Assembly: GCA_963816145.1 (NCBI GenBank)
Contig: CAWFJP010000029.1
Span: 1 to 64,000, forward strand
Length of the DNA stretch: 64,000 nt
From: an uncultured delta proteobacterium
Lineage (GTDB): Bacteria > Desulfobacterota > Binatia > UBA9968
Direction of reading: 5' to 3'
The position numbers and the translations under genes were made by a program. The number at the start of each line of letters is the position of its first letter. Within the stretch, counting starts at the first letter, position 1. The notes under the pieces were generated by a model, which saw only the letters and a list, made by a program, of their open reading frames with translations, did not search any database and was not told the origin of the DNA. Positions 20,345 through 30,209 of this stretch are shown in pieces.

Positions 20345-21457
20345 ATGACGCAAGCCAATCCATTACGAGTAGGTCTCATCGGAGCAGGCGGCAGATGGGG
20401 GCCGCGGGCGCATGTGCCGGCGCTACAGGGCGTGCCTGAGACCGAACTTTACGCCATGTGCACCGCGCATGCGGAGACCGCCCAGGCGGCGGCGGATAAG
20501 TTCGGCGTCGAATGCGCTTACGGCAGCGATGCAGCATTGAATGCCGATAAGCGAGTCGAAGCGGTGGCGGTCGCGGTGCGCGTACCGGCGCATTATCAGC
20601 TGACGAAAAACGCCCTCGAAGCGGGCAAGCATGTCTTTTGCGAATGGCCGCTGGGCGCGAATACCAAAGAAGCCGAAGAATTGGCCGCGCTGGCGCGTCA
20701 GAAGAATCTGCGCACCATGGTCGGCTTGCAGCGTCGCGCGTCGCCCGCGTATCTGTACATGCGTGAGCTGATCGAGCAAGGTTACGTCGGCCAGGTGCTG
20801 GCCGTGAACCTGACGCTGATGAACAGCGGCGTATTGACCCGCCCGTCGGATCGCACCTGGCAGCGCGATGTCACGCTGGGCGCGAACACGCTGACGATTA
20901 CCTTTGCCCATGTGCTCGACGCCATGTGCATGGTGCTCGGCGAGCTCACCGAATTGTCCGCCATCGTCAGCACGCAGGTGCCGCAGTGGTTCGAGACCGA
21001 CACAAAAAAATATGTCGATGTCACATCGCCCGACAACATTATCGTTCAGGGCCGGCTGGAAAGCGGTGCGGTAGTCAATGCCTGCTGCGGCGTCCAGCCG
21101 TACCACGGCAGCGGCCACCGTTTCGAAATCTACGGCAAGGAGGGCACACTGGCGATAATCGGCGGCGGCGAGGGTGGCGAGGAGCGCCGACGCAAGGTCA
21201 TGGGCGGCCATAAAGACGACAAGGCGCTGCAGGAGTTGACTGTGCCGGAGCGCTTCACCTGGGTGCCCCAAGGCGTGCGCGACGGCGGCGCCGCGTACGA
21301 CGTCGGCCAGATGTGGGTCAAATTTGCCGAAGCGATACGCGCCGGCACGAACGCTGATCCTAATTTGCCCGACTTCGATCACGCGGTGCGCCGCCACCGC
21401 ATGTTGGATGCCATCGTGCGCGCGTCACAGACCGGGCAGCGGCAGAAAGTTGTGTAA
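20345..21457 (+). CDS. Gfo/Idh/MocA family oxidoreductase
   Basis: LRVGLIGAG, AGKHVFCEWPLG, VGLQRR. Confidence 0.9.
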   Translation: MTQANPLRVGLIGAGGRWGPRAHVPALQGVPETELYAMCTAHAETAQAAADKFGVECAYGSDAALNADKRVEAVAVAVRVPAHYQLTKNALEAGKHVFCEWPLGANTKEAEELAALARQKNLRTMVGLQRRASPAYLYMRELIEQGYVGQVLAVNLTLMNSGVLTRPSDRTWQRDVTLGANTLTITFAHVLDAMCMVLGELTELSAIVSTQVPQWFETDTKKYVDVTSPDNIIVQGRLESGAVVNACCGVQPYHGSGHRFEIYGKEGTLAIIGGGEGGEERRRKVMGGHKDDKALQELTVPERFTWVPQGVRDGGAAYDVGQMWVKFAEAIRAGTNADPNLPDFDHAVRRHRMLDAIVRASQTGQRQKVV

Positions 21458-21526
21458 CTTTAGCGAAACATTTCCGTGGCCTGCGCCAATGATTCGGAAT
21501 CTGAAGGCATTCGGAGTCGGAAATTT

Positions 21527-21668
21527 CTCCCGCCAAGGCGCAAAGTCGCCAAGGCCGGATTAAGTGTCATTTCGACCGGAGGGAGAAATCTTACTCAGAT
21601 CCCTTGCGGTCGCTCGGGATGACACGCCTCCGCCCGGCACCTTTGCGGACTTGGCGGCTTTGCGGGAG
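21527..21668. repeat. CGCCAAG-type palindromic repeat with a nested GTCAT REP
   Basis: ctcccgccaaggcgcaaagtcgccaag...ctttgcggacttggcggctttgcgggag enclosing gtcatttcgaccggagggagaaatct...cgggatgac. Confidence 0.7.
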
Positions 21669-21804
21669 ATACTCCAAGATTTGCTTGCGATGCCGCCGCG
21701 CTTGGGCGTAGGTCGATCAGCGATGTCGATTTCTCGCCGCCTAACGGCTGGGTTCGGAGTGTGCGCTCGAAAGCACCCAGCGCAACTAATCCGCGCTTAT
21801 GGAA

Positions 21805-22797
21805 CTACTGCTCCATGGTGCTCGGCGCGAATACTTCATCGAGGTTAAGCAGCCGCGGCGTCAAGCCTTGCTCGACGGAATACTGCGCCGCGGTTTCCAA
21901 CACCCGCCGATTGGCTTTGATGCCGTATTGGACCAACGGAGTCGCGAGAGCGGTTTTTGCCTGCGCCGGCAGCAGGCCGGTATCGAGGTAGTAACTGACA
22001 TGCTCCATGCGTTGTTCGTCGGCAATGGCGTTGGCGCGCTCGAAGGCCTTGTAAAGATTCAGTATTGCCCAGGGATGTTTCTCGGCGATTTCCCTTTTGA
22101 GGGCGACGCAGTGATTGATCGGATAGAGTCCGGTCTTGGTGAAATACCTTACGCCTTCAGCTTTCGGATCCGGGAATAAATATTTGATCGCCGGGTGGTG
22201 CCACAGGTCGGCGCTGCTGCGGTCGACGAGATTCTGGTTGACCAGATAATGCAGCGCGGCGTGGAGTTCGCCTGAAAGCATCATCGAGCCGATGTCTTTG
22301 CCGTGCGGAATCTGATGGATCGTCACGCCCGGCGGCGCTGTGAATTCGGTGGCGCCGCCGTGGCTGCGTTCGGGAGTGCGCTCCATCCAGAATTCCATGT
22401 CTTTCGGCGCGACGCCGAACTCATGTTGCAGCGCGCCGCGAATCCATAACGCACCCGTCTGCTGGTATTCCGGCACGGCGACGCGTTTGCCTTTGAGATC
22501 GGCCGGAGTGTCGATCCCGGCATCGCGTCGGACCAGAATACCAGTGTGAAACAAACGACGGGTGGTGAAGATCGGCAAACCGACCCAGCGCTGATCGCCG
22601 TGGGCGATGGCTATCAGCAGCGACGAGAACGACATATCGGACAGGTCGAAGTCGGCAAAGCGGAGCTGGCGCCAAAACAACTCCGACGCGTGAACCGGCG
22701 ACATGATCAGGTCGATGCCATCGGGTTTCACGCCGCCGTCAAATAGCGGCCAGGTGCGTGGATTGGGCGCCATGCCGACGCTTAACTGGATATTCAT
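21805..22797 (-). CDS. 4,5-dihydroxyphthalate decarboxylase-like protein (SBP fold)
   Basis: ELFWRQL, LPIFTTR, AVPEYQQTG, GLYPINH, YGIKANR. Confidence 0.8.
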   Translation of the reverse strand: MNIQLSVGMAPNPRTWPLFDGGVKPDGIDLIMSPVHASELFWRQLRFADFDLSDMSFSSLLIAIAHGDQRWVGLPIFTTRRLFHTGILVRRDAGIDTPADLKGKRVAVPEYQQTGALWIRGALQHEFGVAPKDMEFWMERTPERSHGGATEFTAPPGVTIHQIPHGKDIGSMMLSGELHAALHYLVNQNLVDRSSADLWHHPAIKYLFPDPKAEGVRYFTKTGLYPINHCVALKREIAEKHPWAILNLYKAFERANAIADEQRMEHVSYYLDTGLLPAQAKTALATPLVQYGIKANRRVLETAAQYSVEQGLTPRLLNLDEVFAPSTMEQ

Positions 22798-23157
22798 TGG
22801 TTGCCCTCTAAAGTCGCGGTTCGGATTACGGTTTGGTTAACCCCACTTCATGTTCCGGCAATTCTCCTAATAACAAGATAAGCGCTGCCGTGACAACCGC
22901 GGAATACACTTTATCCGGGGCAGGGCATGGGATATTTCTCGGCGAGAGTTAAAATGCGAGCTGGTTTGTTTGACGATATGGGCCAGTCGTTCGCCTGAAT
23001 CAGGGATTCACCGGCTACTCATCAATGGATCATCGTTTGCCCCAATTCATTGCTCGGCGCGGAGTTTAGTCCGCAGTCGATCTTTCGTGCGATCGATTGC
23101 GATTGACGACTCGGCGGTTTAGCGATTATAGAGGAAAGTAAATTAGCGGGAGGAGCA

Positions 23158-24609
23158 GTGATCATGAAAAGTCGAGCCCAAGAGATTCATGACGGGCTGA
23201 AGCATCCGGTGATCGATGGCGACGGCCATTGGATGGAATCGATTCCGATCTTCCTCGAGTACCTGAGCGAAGTCGGCGGTGCTAAATCCGTCGACCAAAT
23301 GCGAGCACTCTGGCGCGGCCGGGACGCCTGGTACCACTCCACGTCGCAGGAGCGCCAGCACAATCGTACGCGTCGCGCTATCTGGTGGGGTGCGACCAGC
23401 AATACCCTTGATAAGGCAACGGCCTTGCTGCCGGCATTGCTGGACGAGCGGCTGCCCGAATTGGGCATTGACTTCGCGTTGATCTATCCGACGTTCGGGC
23501 TCAGCATCAACGGCATGTCGCAAGGTGACCTGCACCTGGCCGCAGTCCGTGCTTACAACATGATGACGGCCGATATGTTCGCGCCGTTTGCCGCCAGGTT
23601 TGCACCGGTAGCCATCATTCCCTCCCATACACCGGAGGAGGCCCTTGATGAACTGGAATACGCGGTCAAACAGCGCGGTTTCAAAGCGATCATGCTGCGC
23701 GGCAACCAGGAGCGGCCGATCCCAAGCGCGGCGGAGGAAATCAAAGACCGCCAGAAAGCGGCGTGGTACTGCGATACCATCGCGCTCGACAGCCCCTATG
23801 ACTACGAGCCGATTTGGCAGCGCTGCGTCGAGCTGGGCGTGGCCGTCACCCAACACTCGGGCAGCGGCCGCTGGCAAGATCGCGCGTCCATCAGCAACTT
23901 CACCTACAACCATGTCGGCCACTTCGCCGAATCGAACCACGCCTTCGCCCGTGGAGTATTCCTGGGCGGACTGGTGCGCCGCTACCCGACCCTCAATTTC
24001 GGCTTCATGGAAGGCGGCGTCAGCTGGGCCAGTCAGATGTGCCTCGATTTGATCGAGCACTGGGAGAAGCGGCGCCGCGCCGGATTGCAGTACCCGAGCG
24101 CAACCAATGTCGCCGAACTGCAGCAGCTGATCGGCCGCTATGGCGATCGGCGGCTGAAAGCTAGCGCCGAGGCGCTCATGAACAGCCTGGATCCATTTCG
24201 CCCGGAGTGCAGTCTCGAAGAGCTTGGCCGGCCCGAACATGTCACGGACGATTTTGCAGCGGCAGGCATTAACTCAAAAGACGATGTTCGGGCAGTCTTC
24301 TCCGGCAACTTCTATTTCGGCTGCGAGGCCGATGACCGGGGAACCATGTGGGCCTTCGATCCGCGCATGGGCGTCCGGCTGCGGCCGGTGTTCAGTTCCG
24401 ATTTCACCCATTTCGACGTGCCCGATTTCAAGGAGGTGATTCCTGAAGCGTTCGAAATGGTCGAGAAGGGGTTCGTGACCGAGCAGGATTTCCGCGAGTT
24501 CACGTACACCAACGCCGCGCGCCTGCACACGCGCAACAACCCGGACTTTTTCAAAGGCACTGTCGTCGAGCAAGCGGTGGCCAATGAGCTGGGGCTGAAG
24601 ACGGCATAG
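23158..24609 (+). CDS. Amidohydrolase family protein (paralog of 14412-15872)
   Basis: Same motifs as the paralog, with long identical stretches; GGAGGAG RBS. Confidence 0.88.
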   Translation: MIMKSRAQEIHDGLKHPVIDGDGHWMESIPIFLEYLSEVGGAKSVDQMRALWRGRDAWYHSTSQERQHNRTRRAIWWGATSNTLDKATALLPALLDERLPELGIDFALIYPTFGLSINGMSQGDLHLAAVRAYNMMTADMFAPFAARFAPVAIIPSHTPEEALDELEYAVKQRGFKAIMLRGNQERPIPSAAEEIKDRQKAAWYCDTIALDSPYDYEPIWQRCVELGVAVTQHSGSGRWQDRASISNFTYNHVGHFAESNHAFARGVFLGGLVRRYPTLNFGFMEGGVSWASQMCLDLIEHWEKRRRAGLQYPSATNVAELQQLIGRYGDRRLKASAEALMNSLDPFRPECSLEELGRPEHVTDDFAAAGINSKDDVRAVFSGNFYFGCEADDRGTMWAFDPRMGVRLRPVFSSDFTHFDVPDFKEVIPEAFEMVEKGFVTEQDFREFTYTNAARLHTRNNPDFFKGTVVEQAVANELGLKTA

Positions 24610-24719
24610 GCAGTAGCGCAAAAAGAACCGGCGGCATTCTAATTTACCGCTTCTCGAACGTCACCTGTGCAGCATTGACAGACCTGCAATCACGTTCGGG
24701 TCGCTACGCTCGCCTCGGC

Positions 24720-24938
24720 CTAGGCGTACATGAGCCGGCCTTTCGGTGCTGGCACGGGGCGCTTAAGTTCTTTGGCAGTTTCAATCCACTCACGGATGAT
24801 CACTTCGACATTCGCCAGCGCTTGCTTGTAGGTCTTTCCATCGGCTGCGCAGCCTGGCAACTCCGGAACCTCGGCGATGTAGGACTGGTCTTCTTCGCTC
24901 CAATAAATGATAATCTCGTACTTCAAATTATTTGTCAT
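24720..24938 (-). CDS. hicB: HicB family antitoxin
   Basis: YEIIIYWSEEDQSYIAEVPELPGCAADGKT...PVPAPKGRL. Confidence 0.88.
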   Translation of the reverse strand: MTNNLKYEIIIYWSEEDQSYIAEVPELPGCAADGKTYKQALANVEVIIREWIETAKELKRPVPAPKGRLMYA

Positions 24939-25195
24939 GATCTATCTACTCCGGAAAGATGATACTTCAAGATCAACCCGCGTACTTGTTTTACCTGGTA
25001 AGGTTTTGCTTTGTTTCCTTGAGGCTGAAGATTGATAATCTCCTCAACGCCGTTCATTGTGAAGATGTGATGGTCGCCACGAATACGTTCTGAAAAACCT
25101 AAACGCCGTAGTAAGTTGCGCAGTTGATTGAAAGGGATATTCGCATCAGAGGCGCCACGAAGGATGCGAGAAAGCAATTCATCAAATTTGGCCAC
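24935..25195 (-). CDS. hicA: HicA family toxin
   Basis: LLRRLGF..RIRGDHHIF, KAKPYQVKQV; 4-bp overlap with hicB; AT-rich. Confidence 0.88.
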   Translation of the reverse strand: MAKFDELLSRILRGASDANIPFNQLRNLLRRLGFSERIRGDHHIFTMNGVEEIINLQPQGNKAKPYQVKQVRGLILKYHLSGVDRS

Positions 25196-25343
25196 ACCGC
25201 ATTTTATATACCATTTGCGTGTCGACGCCTAGCACCTGTTACCAATACGGGTAGTTCTGTGACTTGCCGAAGCATGATCGCTGGGCTTACCGCTTGATAA
25301 GACTTTGCGACTAGGATATTCGAGCGGTTAATCGGAATAGAAA

Positions 25344-26081
25344 GTGAGTAGCGAAAATATGTACTACGGATCACGCGGGATTGTCGGACTAGTTAAGCCG
25401 ACTTATCGACCAGGGTCGATGGAGAGTTTCATCAAGCTGATGCCCGAGGGGGTTGGTTTCATACCGGCACATGCCGGCGTGCGTGCGGGCAACGAGAAGG
25501 AGCTGCAAGAGGCTTTGACCGTCGCCGAGAAGAAAGTTGCGAGATTGGCCGAGCTCGGAGCGGATGTGGTGATGATCATGGGGGCGCCGCCGACCATGGT
25601 GCGCGGGCATGGCGCGGACCGGCAGATCGCCGACTCGTTGACGGCGAAGTACAAAATTCCCGTCACCGTCGCGACCATCGCTCAGGTGGATGCGTTTCGC
25701 GCCCTCGGCATGAAGAAGCTGGTGGGGGTGACTTATTTCCAAGATGATATGAACCAGCGCTTCGCCAAGTTTCTTGAGGACGACGGCTTCGAGGTGAAGG
25801 CGATGAAGGGCATCGAGGTGCCGTTCAAGGATGCCGGCAAACTCGCGCCGGAGGCGATCTACAACTTCGCCAAAAAAGTCTTTCTCGACAGCGGCAAGGC
25901 CGACGGCATCTACATGCTCGGCGCCGGCTGGCACAACTTACCCGTGATCGAGATGTTGGAGAAGGATTTGAGGACGACCGTGCTATCGAGCATTCCAGCG
26001 CAGGTGTGGGCGACCAAAAAGATTCTCAATCTCAACGAGCCGTTGCCGGGCTATGGGCGGCTGTTGGCGGAGATGCCGTAA
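25344..26081 (+). CDS. Asp/Glu racemase / maleate isomerase / arylmalonate decarboxylase family protein
   Basis: RGIVGLVKP, AFRALGMKKL, IEMLEKDL, GYGRLL. Confidence 0.8.
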   Translation: MSSENMYYGSRGIVGLVKPTYRPGSMESFIKLMPEGVGFIPAHAGVRAGNEKELQEALTVAEKKVARLAELGADVVMIMGAPPTMVRGHGADRQIADSLTAKYKIPVTVATIAQVDAFRALGMKKLVGVTYFQDDMNQRFAKFLEDDGFEVKAMKGIEVPFKDAGKLAPEAIYNFAKKVFLDSGKADGIYMLGAGWHNLPVIEMLEKDLRTTVLSSIPAQVWATKKILNLNEPLPGYGRLLAEMP

Positions 26082-26083
26082 CT

Positions 26084-27103
26084 ATGCGTTCAAAGTTCAA
26101 AGTTCAAGGTTCAAGGATTTTGCAATCCATGGCTGCCGCATGGGTGTGCCTTTGCGCCGGTGCAGTTTGGGCGCAGGATGTTAGAACTCTAGCCGAGGCC
26201 GAAGGCAAGGTGGTTTTTTACGCGGCCTTCAATGCCACCGACACCAAGACTTTGACCGACGGTTTTCAGAAGCTTTATCCGAAGATTGAAGCCAGCTTTT
26301 ATCGTGCCACCGATGCGCAGTTGATGGAAAGGATCCTCACCGAATTCCGCGCCGGGAAACCGCTTGTCGATGTGGTGATGAGCACCAGCTTCTACGGCCA
26401 CAATCTCAAGAAGCGCGGCCTGCTGGCGGCTTACGATTCGCCGGAACGCAAGTTTTATCGCGACGGCTACAAAGATCCGCAGGCGACTTGGACATCGATC
26501 TATACCAACTATTCGGCCTTCGGTTTCAACACGCGCAATGTGCCGCGGGCGAGCATCCCCAAGACGCATCAAGATCTTCTGAAAGCAGAATGGAAGGGCA
26601 ACATCGGTATCGACAGCCGTGCCTATGAGTGGTTCGGCACGATGCTCAAAGCGATGGGTGAAGAGAAAGGCCTCGCCTTCATGCGCGAACTGGCCAAGCA
26701 GGTCGGCCTGCGCAATGGCCGGACAATCCTGGCGCAACTGGTTGCCGCCGGCGAATTCAAAGGCGCGCTCAGCGCGTACTCGCAGACCTTCGAGCAGATG
26801 AAGCCGGCGGGTGCGCCGGTGGATTGGGTTTATTTGAATCCCGTGTTCGCCAACATTCATCCTGTCGGTGTCGCGAGCAAAGCACCCCATCCCAACGCTG
26901 CCAAACTGTTTATCGACTTCGTGCTGTCGAAGCGCGGCCAGGAGCTGGTGCGCGGCATGAACCGGATTCCCGACCGCACCGACACACCGCCCGACCAAGC
27001 GCGCTTCATCGAAGGCATCAAGCCCGCCTTCGCGCCTGCAGAAGTGCTTGAGAACTTCGAAGGCTACGCCAAGCAATTTCACGAGGTCTTTGGCGGAAGA
27101 TAG
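26084..27103 (+). CDS. Extracellular solute-binding protein (paralog of 16416-17426)
   Basis: AEAEGKV, APHPNAAKLFIDF; start could be 26084 or 26129. Confidence 0.85.
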   Translation: MRSKFKVQGSRILQSMAAAWVCLCAGAVWAQDVRTLAEAEGKVVFYAAFNATDTKTLTDGFQKLYPKIEASFYRATDAQLMERILTEFRAGKPLVDVVMSTSFYGHNLKKRGLLAAYDSPERKFYRDGYKDPQATWTSIYTNYSAFGFNTRNVPRASIPKTHQDLLKAEWKGNIGIDSRAYEWFGTMLKAMGEEKGLAFMRELAKQVGLRNGRTILAQLVAAGEFKGALSAYSQTFEQMKPAGAPVDWVYLNPVFANIHPVGVASKAPHPNAAKLFIDFVLSKRGQELVRGMNRIPDRTDTPPDQARFIEGIKPAFAPAEVLENFEGYAKQFHEVFGGR

Positions 27104-27177
27104 CGCGAGCGGAGGAATAGAGCGTTCCAATCGTTCCAGTCGTTCAAGCCCCCGGATCAAGTCCGGGGTCCGTTCAA

Positions 27178-27350
27178 GCCCCCACCTCTATCCTCCCCCC
27201 GAGGAGACTGTGTCGTAATGAGTAAATGCCCCACATCTGTCATCCCGAGCGCAGCGAGGGATCTCGTGTTTTCAGCCACATACGAAGAAGAGATTTCTCG
27301 GCTTCACCTCGAAATGACAGTTGCGACACAGTCTGGAGGCGGGGGAGGAG
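27178..27350. repeat. Three-level nested repeat: C-rich hairpin, MITE (27204-27335), GTCAT REP
   Basis: TIR agactgtgtcgtaa / ttgcgacacagtct flanked by gag on both sides; host tcctccccc...gggggagga; internal gtcatcccgagcgcagcgagggatct...gaaatgac. Confidence 0.7.
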
Positions 27351-27448
27351 TCGGATTTCTTTCGATCTGTGAATCGACTGCGTAAGTTGCAATCACCTCG
27401 CGATCTGCCGTACAACATTCAAAGAACATTTCCGGAGGACGGTAATTC

Positions 27449-28867
27449 ATGCCACAGGATTTGCGTAGCTATATCGATCTGATTCGCGACAAGAAGTTGC
27501 TGCTCGATATTAAGAAGGAAGTCGATCCATTGACCAACCTGGCCGGTCTCGCCTATCGCGGTGAGAACGAGCAAGGCAAAGCGACGATGTTTCATAATCT
27601 CAAGGGCTATCCAAACTGGACCGCGGTGAGCTACATGTGCGGCAGCCGGGAGAAGATGGCGCTGGGGCTGGGCACAACCAAAGACAAAGCCTTGACCGAG
27701 CTGGGCGGACGGATTGCCAAAGGGTTGATCAAACCGAAAATCGTCGAAGACGGACCAGTGAAGGAGATCATCTGGAAAGGCGACGACGCGGACCTGGGGC
27801 GGATTCCGATTCACGTGCATTCGGACAGCGACCGGGGCGTGCCGTTCATCGGCTCGGCGATGCAGTTCGTCAAAGATCCGGAGACCGGCACGCAGAACAT
27901 CGCCTTGCAGCGTGATCACATCAAGGGGCCCAAGAAGATGGGCATCTTTGTTCACCCCAAGCGCCACACCGATATCTGCATGCAAAAATATTGGCGACAA
28001 GGCAAAGCGATGCCGGTGGCCACGGTGATCGGTCATCACCCGGCCTATTACATCGCGTCGACCTGGACGACCAGCTATGAAACCGACGAGATCGATATTA
28101 CCGGCGCGCTCTTGCAAGAGCCGGTCAACATGGTGCGCTGTGAGACCATCGATGTGATGGTGCCGGCGGACGCCGAGATCGTCATCGAAGGCGAAATCCC
28201 GCCCAACTACATGGAAGACGAAGGGCCGTTCTGCGAGCATGCCGGCATGACCCACGGCACGCTGCAGCAGCCGATCATCAACGTCAAATGCATCACCATG
28301 CGCAAGAAGCCGATCTACTACGCGCTCCAGGGCGGCCGGCCGATCTCCGAGTCACAACCGTTGGATGGCTTCCCGATGGAGTTGGTTTTATACGCGCGCA
28401 TCAAGGACGTCGGCGGCTTCATCGATGTGAAAGATGTCGTTGCACTGCCCTATGCCGGCGGCAGCCATATCATCGTCGTGCAGATGACGCCGCGTAAGAT
28501 GGGCGAAGTGCGCAGCGCGCTGATGGCGCTGCTTTCGAGCCCCTATCTTCATCCGAAGATCGGCATCGCGGTCGACGAAGATATCGATCCGCACAACGCG
28601 CAATCGATCATGTACGCGATGTCGACTCGGGTAAATCCCAAATCCGACGTGCTCATTATTCCCGATACGTTGTGTCACACCGGCGATCTGACCGCCGAAA
28701 TCGTCCCGGTCAGCGGCGCGCATATGGGCTTCCATCCGCGCATCGGCTCGAAGATGCTGATCGACGCCACCAAAGGCCCGGTGCTGAGCGACGAGCTCAG
28801 AAACTATTTCGAACCGGTGAAGCCGCAGGGGCTGGTGAATGTGAAGCTAGAGGACTTTCTCGGATAA
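27449..28867 (+). CDS. UbiD family (prFMN-dependent) decarboxylase
   Basis: DLRSYI, VPADAEIVIEG, EGPFCEHAG, VDEDIDP, KMLIDATK. Confidence 0.9.
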   Translation: MPQDLRSYIDLIRDKKLLLDIKKEVDPLTNLAGLAYRGENEQGKATMFHNLKGYPNWTAVSYMCGSREKMALGLGTTKDKALTELGGRIAKGLIKPKIVEDGPVKEIIWKGDDADLGRIPIHVHSDSDRGVPFIGSAMQFVKDPETGTQNIALQRDHIKGPKKMGIFVHPKRHTDICMQKYWRQGKAMPVATVIGHHPAYYIASTWTTSYETDEIDITGALLQEPVNMVRCETIDVMVPADAEIVIEGEIPPNYMEDEGPFCEHAGMTHGTLQQPIINVKCITMRKKPIYYALQGGRPISESQPLDGFPMELVLYARIKDVGGFIDVKDVVALPYAGGSHIIVVQMTPRKMGEVRSALMALLSSPYLHPKIGIAVDEDIDPHNAQSIMYAMSTRVNPKSDVLIIPDTLCHTGDLTAEIVPVSGAHMGFHPRIGSKMLIDATKGPVLSDELRNYFEPVKPQGLVNVKLEDFLG

Positions 28868-28923
28868 GAGATCAACCACAAAGTTCACAAAGCAGGAGCG
28901 CGATGAATCGCACCCGGATACCT

Positions 28924-29000
28924 CACCACGAAGGCACGAAGGACACGAAGGTTTCAAAAAAGAATTTCCGAACTTCGTGCTCTTCGTGTCCTTCGTGGTG
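28924..29000. repeat. CACCACGAAG-type palindromic repeat
   Basis: caccacgaaggcacgaaggacacgaag...cttcgtgctcttcgtgtccttcgtggtg; other copies at 55079 and 61524. Confidence 0.85.
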
Positions 29001-29022
29001 AATCCATCTGGTGGGAATTGAA

Positions 29023-29799
29023 ATGAAAGTCGTCGTTAACGGGGTTACCAAAGAATTCGTTACCGCCCAGGGGACGACCCGGGCGATCGGCGGCGTCAAC
29101 CTTGAGGTGCGCGACCGGGAGTTCTTCGGCATCATCGGCCCCACCGGCTGCGGCAAGACGACACTCCTCCACATCATTGCTGGCTTGGAAGCGCCAAGCA
29201 CCGGTTCGGTCCAGTTTATCGGCACGCAAAAAGGCAAGTCGCCGGTGTCGATGGTGTTTCAAGAGTCGGCGTTGATGCCGTGGCGCAGTGTCGAAGAGAA
29301 CGTGCCGCTGGGCGCCGAGTTTCGCCATGAGGAGCCATCGGTGCTGAAACGGGTCAGTCGGTTTTTTCTCGACGTGGTCAAGCTGTTGGATTTTGCCGGC
29401 GCCAGGCCCCATGAGTTGTCGGGTGGCATGAAACAAAAGGTCGCCATCGCCCGCGCGCTCGCCAACGATCCGGAAGTTATTCTGATGGACGAGCCCTTCG
29501 CGAGCTTGGACGCGCAGACCCGCCTGCTCATGCGCGAGGAACTTTTGCGCATCTGGGAGCGCGACAAGAAGACTGTCATTCTGGTGACCCACAACATCGA
29601 CGAAGCGGTGATGCTATGCGATCGCATCGCGGTGATGAGCGCCCGGCCGGGATTGATCAAGAGCATCGTCACCGTCGACGTGCCGCGCCCGCGCACGATG
29701 AAAAGCATGCGTGATCCGGACTTCGCCGCTTGCATGGACAAAATTTGGAACCTGATGAAGTACGATGTCGAGTCTGCAATGGAACGCGGCCGGCCGTGA
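29023..29799 (+). CDS. ABC transporter ATP-binding protein (NitT/TauT family)
   Basis: GPTGCGKT, LSGGMKQ, LMDEPF, VTH. Confidence 0.92.
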   Translation: MKVVVNGVTKEFVTAQGTTRAIGGVNLEVRDREFFGIIGPTGCGKTTLLHIIAGLEAPSTGSVQFIGTQKGKSPVSMVFQESALMPWRSVEENVPLGAEFRHEEPSVLKRVSRFFLDVVKLLDFAGARPHELSGGMKQKVAIARALANDPEVILMDEPFASLDAQTRLLMREELLRIWERDKKTVILVTHNIDEAVMLCDRIAVMSARPGLIKSIVTVDVPRPRTMKSMRDPDFAACMDKIWNLMKYDVESAMERGRP

Positions 29800-29849
29800 C
29801 GACGTTTTGCTTACTAAGCCAAGGAGTCTAACCCAAAGAGCTTGGTGTA

Positions 29850-30142
29850 GCGCAGCCGCTACCGAAATTCGGAATATCTCGCGCAAAGCTCGCAAAGGAG
29901 GCAAAGGAAAAGAGATAAATTTCCGAACTTCGCGTCCTTGGCGCGCTTGGCGCGAGGAATATCCGAATCCGAGGGCGAGGCGGCTTCCGGGCAATTTGCG
30001 CTAGCCGCGCAAATTATCACGGATAAATGTCGTACAACGGCCACATAGAAAGAAGATTCGGATTCGGAGAATTGGCCGCAGAGAACGTAAAGAACTCAAA
30101 AAGAAATTCGGAGCTGTAGGGGCGGGTTTAAAACCCGCCCTT
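29850..30142. repeat. Cluster of intergenic repeats: CGCAAAG-type palindrome and GTAG REP
   Basis: ctcgcgcaaagctcgcaaag...cttggcgcgcttggcgcgag; gtaggggcgggtttaaaacccgccct. Confidence 0.6.
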
Positions 30143-30209
30143 ATCTGCTTGCATTTGTTTTTTCAGACACTAGAGTTGGTCGTAACTTTCACGTTCGGAA
30201 GGAATTTTG

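Noticed and set aside
20423-21397. Long antisense ORFs (also 23143-24240, 26189-27160, 27419-28255, 40939-42126, 1295-2155)
   Set aside because: Shadow frames of well-supported genes in high-GC DNA, with no motifs
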